Part shown: one piece after another, positions 1-11,849 of the stretch
How the letters are laid out: every line of letters starts with the position of its first letter
Numbering within the stretch: the first letter of the stretch is position 1
From: Massalongia carnosa
Taxonomy: Eukaryota
Assembly (NCBI GenBank): GCA_965645245.1
Contig: OZ287067.1
Location: forward strand, 1,426,001-1,490,000
DNA: 64,000 nucleotides
Direction: 5' to 3'
Translations under genes and position numbers: made by a program
The notes under the pieces: generated by a model
Databases searched by the model: none
The model's input: the letters and a program-made list of their open reading frames with translations, nothing else
What the model was told of the DNA's origin: nothing

Positions 1-1076
1 CACGGACATCTAGGTATGTTAAAGAAGTCTTTGTGAGGAAAATGGCAAAATTCTTCAGCGGCTTCATTTTCTTATCTAGTGTGAATCTATCATCTGCACT
101 GCCAGCAAGAACCGAGCTTTGCCCCACCAAGAGTCCAAACTGGAAACATTTATCCATCCTTCATAATCAAAGATCTGCTAGGTCGACTGCTGCGTTCTCC
201 TCGAACATAGAAATAAAGACCCCGAGTCTATGACCTAGATACACAGTACATGGACCGATTGAGCTTTCTGTGCAACAAATTTTCCAGGTTCCTTGTTAGA
301 TTCGAGTTCGAGAACGGGCCGGCTAATCGGTGGGGATGCATGACCACTGAGACTCTAAAGTCAATCCAAATGCCATTCTTTCTTTGCTCGCATCTATAAT
401 ATCCGGCTTGTTGGTCACAATGAGATTTTTTTAATGGAGGTGATTTCTTCTATATTTACTCCACGAGGGCTAAACGTGAGCTGGTTCTTCTCCTTTTTGG
501 AAAGGAGATGGGCAGTGTAAGGAAGCATTTGCGTCATTAGGATTAAGAATTACGGATCAATTACAGAGTACTGCGGGTGGAATTATCTTGCCATTAACAA
601 ACTGTTCTTCATAATCCTAAATGTCATATCTGCAAGATTTGCAAGGACCAAAAACTTGACTTTGGGGAACCACGAGCTGTTTGAAATCTCAGTTTCCACT
701 TCACAGCATGTTAAAAATGAAAATGTCGTTTCCAACCTTCATAACCCCTAACGCCCTCAGATCGCTTGTAGAGATAGAGCTTGAAGAAACATCGGCCAAG
801 CTTCCTCTAAAGTAACAATTACTAAGGTAGATAAATTAAGCAGCAGATTTTGTGAAAGTGAGGCTCGTAACGAATTTTTATATCCTGGAGCAATAAAACA
901 TAGCGGGTTTCGGAGTACAGGCGGAGTTAGATGCAATTGATACACCTAACTCTTGTTTCAATAATTGTGCCATAATAGTTTCTATAGCTCTATCCCCATT
1001 CCGTAGCTTCTACCACCGACTATGACGCCGTTATTATACAGCTCCTGTATGTGTCTTTCCGTTATCGTTCATGGGC

Positions 1077-1458
1077 TTAGTGCTTTGACTTTTGCTCCTC
1101 CGCATTTGCGTTTCGTATAAACTCCCTAGAAGCAACGCCAGTCAGTATATTTACGTCGAGACTAAACCTCCAAAAATCCCTATTCAAGGCGCAAGCATAC
1201 TGAATAAATTCCTCCTCCTCCTTACTCTGAGCGTTAATTACTGGTCCTGGTTGCTTCGGTTCTTTCTTCCCTCCTCTCAATGCTAATCCGGCGCCCGCGA
1301 ACGTAGCACCAAGTGTAATCATTGCCAGCTATAAATTCATTATTGTCAGCTTCTACATCCTTTAGAAAAGGTATAAAGGTCACGCAACAATCCTAGTATT
1401 GGAGACTCACAACATGGGAGCCAACTTGACGCCCGAATACGGTGTACTGAGCAACCAT
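1077..1458 (-). CDS. ATP19: Mitochondrial ATP synthase subunit k (3 exons: 1458-1411, 1328-1201, 1125-1077)
   Basis: The spliced translation MVAQYTVFGRQVGSHV-LAMITLGATFAGAGLALRGGKKEPKQPGPVINAQSKEEEEFIQEFIRNANAEEQKSKH matches the Atp19 pattern. Donors are GTGAGT and GTATGC, acceptors TAG. Confidence 0.92.
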
Positions 1459-1682
1459 ATTGAATGTAATGCGACTTCTTCAGATTAGGTGAATATATTG
1501 AGAGATCGTGAAGTTCGAATATGCAATTGGGAGCTCTTGTCATGTACAGTATGTAACGGGTTACTCCTAAAAGTGTATTGTAAGGCGGGCTGTGTATTGT
1601 AAATTTCCTGCAACGTCATTCCTCTTCGGTCCGGAAATATATCTGAGCTTTTAGCTTCTACATAATTTGATGTTCCTTGATC

Positions 1683-2632
1683 ATGCCCAAAGGAAACGAT
1701 TCGAAAGCTTTGGCCCAAAGTGCAGCCCAGTCTGCTGAAGTAGACAAGCCGTTGCTTCGAGAAAAGCTTCCCAAGGAGCTGCAGAAATTAGTTGATGATG
1801 AGGATACACTGCTAGAGCAAATATATGACGGGAAGTAAGTGCTTCTGGAAGCTGAAGATTCTCCAGACACTAGGATGACTAAATTTGTAGTGCCAATCCA
1901 ACTACCGACTCCAACCTCCGCTATGCAGCGTATGCCTCCAGGTTTCGGACCATTCTTCTTAGTGCTCATCGATATGTTGCGTATACCTCCGACATTGGAG
2001 AATCCTTCCGGCCTATTGCTCATCCATGGCTAATCAGAGGAGCTTATGGCATCTCATGGGTATATCTCATCGGTGATGTTAGCCATGAAGGATACAAAGC
2101 ATACCTTAGGAACCAGCGCATTATTCATCCCGGGACGCCAGGAGTAGTTTCTGCAAGCGTAGCGGATGCACGCAACGATGCTTTGGATGGTCAGAAAGCC
2201 AGACCAGAAATTGGCCGCGTGCCTACTATTGAGGACTATAGGACCGTTATGCTGCAGCGGGCAGTGTTTCAAAGCGTGGCCAGTATGGGTCTGCCGGCAT
2301 TCACAATCCATAGCATTGTTCGATATTCTGGCAAGGCGTTGAAAAATGCCAAGAACCCAATGATCAGGACTTATGGACCGATAGGGGTAAGTGAATTCTG
2401 AATGTAAGTTTGTATGGTCCGCTATAACGATCAAATATAGCTTGGCCTTGCGGCTGTTCCTTTTCTGCCTTTTGTGTTTGATAAGCCTGTCGAACATGCT
2501 GTAGAGTGGGGATTCCATAAAGCATTCGAGACACTTGGAGGGCCAGAAGCCGTGAGAGATGTCCCCGAAACAGGCCGTGAAAAAGAGCTGCAAACCTCTA
2601 AACAGAAAGCGGCCAAGGAGAAAGAGTTGTGA
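1683..2632 (+). CDS. MTFP1: Mitochondrial fission process protein 1 (MTP18/MTFP1 family); introns 1835-1890 and 2387-2440
   Basis: The spliced product contains RYAAY...RYVAYTSDIGESFRPIAHPWLIRGAYGISWVYLIGDV, FQSVASMGLPAFTIH and LGLAAVPFLPFVFDKPVEHAVE, typical of fungal Mtp18. Both donors are GTAAGT. Confidence 0.88.
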
Positions 2633-3000
2633 CATGAGGTCAGAGTCTCTCATGGTCATCTAGGGTTTCAATCTCGTCTATTTTAGCGTAAAAACATTCC
2701 TCTTAAAGAGTCTACTCAACATTCAACTCATCCACTCACGCAACGCTGTCCTTTGCTATTTTATTTCGCGCCAGCAAACTAATCCCGTGACCAGGCACGG
2801 GCCATATCCACCGCGTCATACCAAGGACTACCATGTCTTTCGTTGTGATCTTCACCTGAATTGTTCCAAGCATTCATCCATCTTTTCTTCGCTCATTGAA
2901 TGGGCTTCATCTAAACTAAAGCCCTATTCATTCTCATTGCTTAAGCTTTCTACAGACATCACTATTTCGTATTCTGACCCCTTTATCCCTCTCCTCAGCA

Positions 3001-4627
3001 ATGTCTGAGAGCGTTCCAACTGAGGGAGACTCTAAGATGATGCCGGGGCAGACAGGATCCATCGCCGTTGGAAATGGGCCTGGAGAAACAATGCTCGCGG
3101 CTCTTGCCGTTCCTGAAATTCTCGTGTCTCGTATCAAGCTATCAGTTTTACATCCATGGGGCTATCCAGAATTGGATCCAGAGGACGAGGATTACTGCGG
3201 CCAAGCAGAATCTGACAGCAATGATTTTGAGCCGTACCCTGGCAGTCTATATTACCATGGGGAGAGACATCATCCACCGGCCATCCGCCCCAAACCAAAA
3301 TATAAGTTATTAAACACTACAGTGTCAGACGCCGAGAAGGTTAATCAGAATATTAAGAAAAGCTGGCCCACTACTCATGGGAATCTCCCAATCCCTTATG
3401 ATCTGCTAGATGTTGAGAACGATCGCCTAGTATATGAAGGACTTCCTACAATATCTTCACCCAATGTGAAGGTTCTGAGCTCGCGTCTTAAGGAAGCTGC
3501 CAAGTCCGACCATTCCGCATCTGACCAAAAGGGGCAATCTTCTTCATTCACTTCCAGGATTTCTGTATCAGAGTTTGGATCCAATAATGGATCCGATAGC
3601 GCCTCAGATAAATCCCGTTCTAGGATCTCGGAATCTGACCTTGAGTCCAAGAATTTTGGCAGTAGTGCATCAGACATTGATTACGATGAAGACATCTACT
3701 CTCACGATGAGTTCGATATCAATGGCGACGATGATCCAGCATGGGACGATACTCTTCCAACCACACCGTTTACCGCGATTGCGCCGCAAACAACCTCTGC
3801 GTTTGAGGATGAACATCCTAGTGCACTCGTTGCATACAAACCAGTTAAAGGTATGTAAGGTACCACATTTACAATGGACCTTAGCTTATTTTTTTCATAT
3901 TGAAGGCTGTATGTTTATGGATAAGCTTCCTCTGGAGATCCGTCTTCATGTTTACGATAAATGCTTCCCGGATAGAAAAATCCCCTTGATCTGCTTGTGG
4001 ATGTGGCCTCACTCGTTCAAATCGTTTACTGGTAATCTGCGCCATCACGGTTTTGTTCCCAATAATGGGGATGGCCCCATCGACGTAAGCGTTCTCACCA
4101 TAAACCCCGCCATTCACGCAGAAGCCGCGGCCCTCTTCTATGGCACCCGCACCTTTCGCTTTACAACAATTCAACTCCAGATGACCAACTTGAATGCAGA
4201 TATTTTTTCGCGCTTGCGAAAAATTGAGATTGAGGACCCATGTACCCGCTGTCGCTCATGGCCAATCGAATGGACTCTGATCCAACTCTCATCCAACCCT
4301 AATGTGCGCAAAATATCTGTTGGTCACCGTGCTGCCAAAGTGCTTTGGCGCGCCATTGAGGAAGGCGACTCCCTGCTCGCCGAAGATCTCTACCAGCGCA
4401 CGCCAACCCAGCGCGAGTTCTTCTGTATGCCTTGGCTTCCATATCCACAGACCAAACCTATCGCATTATTGTCCCTACCCAACGTCGGCTTCGTTGAGTT
4501 CCGCGTGCCCCGGCTTGGTAAAGATGTGGCCCGCCCCAGTAAAGGTACGCCTCGCCGTCGTAAACGTGCGTCCGGTTTCGGCGCTCATCGCTACAACAAA
4601 AACGGCGGCATCGATAGCTCTAGTTAG
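3001..4627 (+). CDS. Hypothetical protein: acidic/Ser-rich N-terminus plus an F-box-like (LPLEIRLHVY) C-terminal domain; intron 3851-3905
   Basis: ORFs 3001-3858 and 3575-4627 join in frame through a GTATGT...AAG intron. FMDKLPLEIRLHVYDKCF and IHAEAAALFYGTRTFRF resemble the fungal F-box-like/2EXR-type hypotheticals. A basic PRRRKR stretch lies near the C-terminus. Confidence 0.7.
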
Positions 4628-5339
4628 TCGTCGGTTCAATCATACTCAGTTCTGGGGTTTGCGTAAGTGCTTTCCTGCTACGAAATTCTCTACATCCATC
4701 AGTTTAACGACCCAAACAGAACCCCAGCCGCCAACTCTCAGAGCATATTGTCTGATTTTTGTTTTGTTTCCTGTTTCGTCGGGTTTTTCCACTCCCAGAG
4801 AATCAAAAACCACCCAAAAAAAAAGATAGCAGTGTGTTATAAGTGCTAGAGGGAAAGATTGAGACAACTAGTCTGTACTCTAGCCTTTGGCTTCCCCAGG
4901 CAGCGGTGAAGAGCCAGATGTACCAGTGTTGGTTCACGTCTAAGGAGGGGAGCAAGGGCGAGGACCGAATAAGTGACGGTCGTGTAATCCACACATCCAC
5001 ACACCCACCCTGCGGACGCGTAATTTGAAGGCAACTGTAGCTTGTCATGTACTTTGAATCGAACCAATTTTGGTTATTTAAACAGTTGATGTGCTAATGA
5101 GATTTCATGCTTGAAAATAATCATGTAAAGATGTATAGGTTGGAGGAATAAATACGCTTTTTCTGTCCTCGCACTACAGAGTAGAGAGAGGGAATTGTCA
5201 CTACACCCGCCTAACACGCATCTCAATAAACCGATTGATTTCCACAACTGCGATGAAGCAGAGGCATTAACCATAGAGGTATCTTTAGGGATAATTAGAT
5301 TATGGCATCAGTCCTCTTGAATTAGGTTTTTTTCCTTTT

Positions 5340-6440
5340 CTTCTCATTCGTTCATTCATTCACACATTTCCTCTCTCTGTCTCTCTCTCTGTTTCTCTCT
5401 CTCGCGCGCGCGCGGAAAGCAGCAAGAAACGAACAGAAAAGAAGAGAGAATCTGATTATATTTCTCTACTCCCATCCCCCCCCCCCTTTCCCCCTTCCAG
5501 TCTCTCCCATAGACGAGAACGAATATTACTACCTACCTACCTACCTACCTACCTATCTACATATCCATCTTCCTTTTTTTTTTCCAAAAAAAAAAAAAAA
5601 AAAAACCAACAGTAAACCTCCATTAGTGAGAGACAACCAAAAGTTCCATCCCCGAAGCAGGCAGGAATCTCGAACCCCCCTTCCCGAACCGACGCGTACA
5701 GACAGACCGACTGCTAGATAGATAGCTAGACAGAATCCCGGGATCTGGCTTTGTGCGGCATGCCTGCTGAACCTGTGTCTGGACTTTTTCTTTTTTTTCT
5801 AAAGTGCTTGTTCGAGTGTTCTGGACTTTCGGGGTGTCTTCCTTTCTTTCTGTTGGAGGGGTTTTTTGTTTTACCTATGTACCTACCTACCTACCTGCCC
5901 CTCGGCTCTACTCTAACCTTCTTTAATTACCTGCCTGCTTATCAATTTAACCCCCCCCCCCCCAATGGCCCTCCCATCCAATCATCGAGATCCATACTCG
6001 CAAGCACAAGCGCGATTATAAGAATCACTCCGGATCCAACCCGACCGACGCTCCTCTTTCCGAGACCACTACTCCGGAAATTAGATAACAGCGCGAAATA
6101 CTCCATATTACTATAGGCAATAAATAAGTAGGTAGGTAGGTAGGTAGGTAGGTTTACTTTGGTCACTAGTGGTTGTAGGACGATAGATAGATCAATTGAT
6201 AAATAATAGATATACTGATACAGGTCACAAAGGTGCGTATGTATGTATATAGATAATTATACAGAGTATATAGGATACAGAATCCCTTCATTCCTTCCTT
6301 TCGCCATAGCCAGGCATACCTACCTACCAAACTCGACTTAAAAATGCAACCTCCCTTCCCCCCAAAGAAAGGAAGCACTCTTTTCTTCCTTTCCGCCCCC
6401 TTTTGGCCCTGACCGCAATCCCTCTCCCCGGGGGGGGGGA
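5340..6440. repeat. Low-complexity island: (CT)n, (CG)n, C/A/T/G homopolymers, (CTAC)n at about 5530 and 5880, (GTAG)n at about 6128
   Basis: Microsatellites and homopolymer runs are directly visible between two convergent gene ends. Confidence 0.85.
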
Positions 6441-6732
6441 ACCAGCCAGCATCTGCCATCTATCTTCGCGAAGCCATTCAGGCGATCCGAACTCCCCATC
6501 CCAAAACCATAAAGACGGGCCCGTTCCCGCAAAGCTGAACTCCGCCCTCGTTCATCTAGCTGAAAAATGCTCCGCCTTCAAAGGGGGTATTCGCGAGAAA
6601 CAACCTTGATGTCAACCTGTGAAAGCGTCCAGATGAGAAGGTGTAGGTCGCTAATCACCGACAACTCCGCCCCGAAGATTACAATACAAAAAGCAGGAGA
6701 GCACACCTCGCTCTACATGTGGGGGAGTTTCT

Positions 6733-7881
6733 TCAGATCCCCAGCAGCGCCCCTTTCGTATCATCTCCCAACTTGACTCTCCACAGCTTGTGCTCCCCAA
6801 AACACCACATCTCTCCGTCGCGGCCAAAGCAGAAATTCGCGCAGCCGCCGTCGATCTGAATCTTGCCCACCAGCATCCCCCCCGCGTTCCATATGTTGAT
6901 GCCGTCGCCGCACCCCGCGTACACATGACCGAACACATCACACTTGACGCCATCGGGTGCGCCTGTATCCGCGTACGCAAACACACGCCGGTTTGTCAGG
7001 TACGGCTGGTCCGACTCCCAGAAAACGGAAAAGGCGTAGATAGTGGCGGCGCGGCGGGGGTCTTTCCCGCCGTCGCCGTGGATTAGGTCCGTGTCAGTGA
7101 TGTAGACGGTGTCCTCGGTGGGGGAGAAGCAGATGCCGTTGGGACGACCAAACCCGTCAGCCACGACGCGGATGTCACCTGTGGCGGGATCGAAGCGATA
7201 GACCTGCTGTGGAAGCTGGGGCTTGGGACGGAAGCCTTGCTCGTAGCCGTAGATGGGATCGGTGAACCAGATGGTTCCGTCGGAATGAACAACGACGTCG
7301 TTAGGGGAATTGAAGGGCCGCGAATGATAATTATTGAGGATGGTGATGGTTTTGTGGGGGCGCTTGGCTTCCATGTAGATGAGGCCTGAAGGTTCGCGGA
7401 GAGAGCCCTGAGCGCAAAGGATCAGCCCATCGCGGTAGTTGGTGCCGCCATTGGCCATGTAATTGCGCTCCGGACAACGGACTTTGTCACGGGTGAAGTC
7501 CGTGGGTGAGAAGAACTCTATTTTAGTGATCACAATGGTTTTGTTGTGTGTGATGACGGCATCGGGGGAGGAGTCGGGAATTTGGTTCGAGGTGACGAAG
7601 AGCGTGTTTGTCGGCGGGTGGAAAACGCCGGCTTCATGAAAGTACGGAGCGCGGGGGTCATCGATCAGGAGTTGGAGGGTCGGCGAGGGCCCAAGGAGGG
7701 AAAGGAAGGAGTCGTGGTAAATGAGGAAGGGCTTTGGTTGAGGAGCGTTGGGAGCTATCAGGGAGGACCTTTGAGACAGGTTAGAGGGGGCAAGGTGATG
7801 AGACCATACGAGCGTTGTGCTTACTGCCATAATGCTTCGCTCCGTCGATTGATCCGCTGCCAACTCCGGGTGTCTAACCAT
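6733..7881 (-). CDS. SMP-30/gluconolactonase/LRE family beta-propeller (lactonohydrolase-like)
   Basis: The 382-aa ORF carries FHEAGVF, FNSPNDVVVHSDGTIWFTDP, RPNGICFSP and GAPDGVKCD, including the E/N/N/D metal ligands of this family. The start could be the downstream MAVSTT. Confidence 0.92.
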   Translation of the reverse strand: MVRHPELAADQSTERSIMAVSTTLVWSHHLAPSNLSQRSSLIAPNAPQPKPFLIYHDSFLSLLGPSPTLQLLIDDPRAPYFHEAGVFHPPTNTLFVTSNQIPDSSPDAVITHNKTIVITKIEFFSPTDFTRDKVRCPERNYMANGGTNYRDGLILCAQGSLREPSGLIYMEAKRPHKTITILNNYHSRPFNSPNDVVVHSDGTIWFTDPIYGYEQGFRPKPQLPQQVYRFDPATGDIRVVADGFGRPNGICFSPTEDTVYITDTDLIHGDGGKDPRRAATIYAFSVFWESDQPYLTNRRVFAYADTGAPDGVKCDVFGHVYAGCGDGINIWNAGGMLVGKIQIDGGCANFCFGRDGEMWCFGEHKLWRVKLGDDTKGALLGI

Positions 7882-9329
7882 AGCCGTTGCTGCGCTGCTG
7901 GTCGGGGAGAAGAATTATGGGACGCCGAAGCAGAAGAAGGGCGGCCGTTTTCGCGCTTTCCCGAGTCAGATTTGCTGGAATTGGAGGAGACTTTGGAGTG
8001 GATCTGGTCAGCGGTTTTGGGTCTTTTGTAATGCCACATATTCTCTCCCCGGTTCGCCAGGAGGGCCTCATAGGCAAAGGGTTTTGAGCAACTATGGGAC
8101 GAGTCGACGGAAGCCTGATAGTGGATAACAAGATGCCCCGCGGGGGGGGGGGGGTTTGGTGGAAGGGGAATTAACTACAGCGGCTCAGGCAAAGGGTAGA
8201 TTGGTTATGTATAAGACAGCAGGAAGACTCAATCCTGCGTTGTCATTATATACCACTCATTGCAAGGTAGGGAGTTGCAAGTGTAGAAAACAATCCCAGA
8301 TACAGGTTTGCTCTCACCTTTGCGCCGGCGTGGAGCCTCGACGTTCTGGCCTTGGGAGGTTTGGCTGGATTGGGCTTGGTGTTGTTTGCCGTCGACTTGG
8401 CTCATGCGCTGACGTAAATGGCTGATATTGAAAAAGCCCATCATCATGCTCGGACCGTCGAAACTGACCGATTTCATGCTGGAGAAGAACGGCATTCGAA
8501 TAGCTTCCTGGAGCAAACAGTTTGGGGCAATCGACTCATCAACGATATATGGTGTCGCAGCCCCCTTTAGTGGAAGGTGATTTGAGAGGGAAAAATAAAA
8601 AGCAAAAGAGAACCAGTTCCCCCTTCGTCCAAATGTGATGGATATGAATCTTTTTCAGCTCTAGTCCTGCCGCGCTCGCGCATATCTCATGTAACATGCA
8701 GGTTGTGAGCTTGGTAGTATGGGTGAGTCCGGGGAGTTCAGGGCTGAGAGGATATATATCGCCTTCCCCGTCTTCCTGTTGATACATAGTCGGAAAGATC
8801 GTCGCACGAGCGTCCTTCTGCTCTGGAAATTCGGATGTCCGAGTGTCACCCTTACTCTGTTGTTGCACGTCAAACCGCGTCATACCGATTTATGCGTCCG
8901 AAGCATGGCAGTTGAGCGAGTGCGAAGGCTTCTACACCCCAACGTCTGCCGCGCCACTCACCATGCAAAGGCACAGCCATGTTCCAAACATGTCAAACGT
9001 CCCTTCTCCGTCCTTCTCTCCTCCTTTATGCTGCCGAGTGGCCGTATCACACGCACGTCCCGACAGCTCGTTCACCCATGACGCCATGCTTTTCATTCCT
9101 CGCCATTCTTACAGAGTAGCGACGCTTGAAACTAAAGGATCCCGTCCCGTCAAAATGCACACGCACCCCTGGGAGGAGAACAATCAAGTCTCGTGGTAAA
9201 GTGATATGGCTGATCTTGGATGCCGTACAGAGTACTCGGTACAGGGAGATGTGGATATGAAGCAGAGTTGTACCAAGAATAACGGGGTGAAATCCAAATG
9301 GGAATATCCAACCAAGCCATCCTAAATGC

Positions 9330-11195
9330 TCACATGCTGTCCTCTCGCCATCGGCTGCGCACCCTTTGCCATCCTTCCTTCTCGTTCAACCCGCCGCGAT
9401 GCTCCATGCCCAACCCTCTCTCCACCCATTCCTGACTCCCCATTTCGCTTAACCGACTCAACGCCCGCGAAAACGCGAAGCGCTCCTCGTCTCCCGAGAA
9501 GATGCTGCTGTTCTTCAACATTTGCATGTTCATCCCCAAGTCGTCCATCAGCTGGCGCATTACGTCATCCATGCCTTCGTGATCTTCCGCCGGTTTCACT
9601 AACCCTTTCTTCCGCCCGCCTTCTAACGCATCGTCAATCTCCGACCGAGACATGAACAACTGGAAGATGGGGACTTCGCTGGTCAAGACAAGTTTTGCCT
9701 GCATCGTATTAGTGATCAACGATCCAGTCTAGCCCATGGGTAACAGCATACACGACTTTCGTAAACAGCATCGATGAAAGTAATGAACCTTCGAGCTAGG
9801 TCTCGCTCTCTGTGTGTCATTCCCGGCACCCCCGTGACGATGAACGCCTCATATCTTCTCACCAGCTCCAGATAATCAGCAGCGCCGGTCGCCCTGCCAA
9901 TGAGTTCGTCGAATGTAAACATAGCTGCTTTTCCGCTAGCCTGCGGCACCTCAACCATCCGTCCCCAAACCATGTGAGTCGCTTTGTGGGGGGGATCGCC
10001 TTCCATGTCACCCAGGAACCGAAACCACTTGTCCGCGTGGGTGATTGCAGCTCGGTCGAGCGGATGATGAAAGACTCCCGAGGGTGGTCTGGGAATCTTA
10101 CGATAATCCGTGGTGGAGTCAAGGTTTAGCACTCTTAGACGAGTCTTGAGGACATTGATGCACGGAATGAATGAGGAGCGTTGGATCCCATTCTTATAAA
10201 GGTCATCGGGGTGGCGATTCGACGTCGTAACGAGAACCACGCCATGAGACATCAAACCTTCAAGTAAGCTGCCTCGGTAAGCCACATCCTCTTTGGAAAT
10301 CAATACTTTCCAATGCATACCTTCTCAATATCATCGCGTCGGCGACGTCTGTACATTGAAATTCATCAAAACATAACACGCTTCCTCGTTCAGCAATATC
10401 AGCCGCAACGTATTGAATCGCGTCCAGATCACTCCCATGCTCTATCTTCATTACATGCAGCCGTTTATGTACATCTTGCATGAAATTGTGAAAGTGTATC
10501 CGCGTTTTCGAAGTAATATTAGGTGGTAGGGTATCATAAAACATGTCCATCAGCATTGTCTTCCCGCTCCCAACGTCGCCGTACATGTAAAGGCCTTTTG
10601 GAAGATTCGAAGGTATCTGAGTCAAGGGCTTTTTAGGTCGTCGGCGATGAAACAGAGATCCAAGAAAGGATTGCGAATGAGGTTGGAGGGATTCGATGCT
10701 TGGGCGAACGACCTTGGGGGCATGATATTCCTTCAGCATGTCATGAAGATCCTGTAAGCTTTGCACGATACCTACCCGCTCATACGCCGTCAGTCATTGC
10801 GCACATGGGGGGGAAGTGCAAGAGCAATACCTCGCTGGTGCTCGTCCTCTTTAAGTTGACGGGAATGAACCCGTTCATCATACTCCTCCAGAGGGCCCCA
10901 TGCGTCCTGGTTCGCTGAAACCATCAGTAAATATTGCGGAACGCAAGGAATCTCACACTTTTTCCATACATTTGCCAACTGTCGCTAGCCATCTGGCACT
11001 ATGGAGTTTTCGAGAAGATGGCGACCACAACGGATTTCTCAATTCTTTTGCCACCCAAATATGTTGCCGTCTCCTTGGCGACTTCAACCTGACCAACCGA
11101 AGATACTTTGAATGTAAACGATGCTTTTGGCCCGGCTCCCATAGTAAGAATAGCTTACTGGGTGTATTTGTACAGAAAAGTGACCTGAGTTTCAT
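9330..11195 (-). CDS. AFG1: AFG1/LACE1-like mitochondrial AAA+ ATPase (multi-exon)
   Basis: Walker A GDVGSGKT, RIHFHNFMQDVH, Walker B LCFDEFQCTDVADAMILRR, TSNRHPDDLY, ARRFITFIDAVYE and EERFAFSRALSRLSEM are spread over intron-separated ORFs. The N-terminus is basic and presequence-like. Confidence 0.93.
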
Positions 11196-11849
11196 GGTCG
11201 GAAGCTCAGCCCAAGAATATATATGCCCACGGGAACAGAAGCGACACCAGCGTAATTGTACATGCTGAAATTATCCCACACTAAGATCAGATTGAATGTA
11301 ATGATCAAGACACGGCGTCACATGAGTTAACCCTGCCACCAGGAGCGCATCTTGAAAATGTCAAGATGTGGAGATGAGGTGCCTAGGCTTTAATCCGATG
11401 ATTGGGATGTCATCCATAACTAGTTACAGTAGGGGCCGGGAGGATCACCTCCTATTTGGTGTTTCTCAGCGGTAGCGGTTTCAGAAAACTATCTCTATTT
11501 ATCCATTCATCCAACATCAATCCAATATAAATCCTTGAAGATCTTCCGAAAACTGACATGACGAACATCCACACATCCAACTGCCATACAAATTAAGTTC
11601 AAGTGTCACATAACACATTTTGCCTTCATGAAATCCACGCTACCCCAACACCGTTAGGATACCACTTTCCCCATGCCATAGCAGACCGAAAAAGAGACAC
11701 GGAAGGCAGAGCAGAAAAGTGAAAACACAAATATGGAGTTCATCTGACCTCCTCAAATTACCAAATACGCTTGAACATAGGGTCTTGAGGACCCTAACTA
11801 GCAGGCCATCAAAGGTTAAGTGGCTCCTCTCACATCGCATAAGCATATA

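Noticed and set aside
1..830. Splice-like signals (GTATGT at 14; CTAAC...CAG at about 748-760) hinting at the tail of a gene entering the window
   Set aside because: I could not assemble a coherent spliced frame or a recognisable protein.
5655..5690. GGCAGGAATCTCGAACCCC resembling a reverse-strand tRNA T-arm/B-box
   Set aside because: The spacing is wrong and no cloverleaf or A-box could be built.
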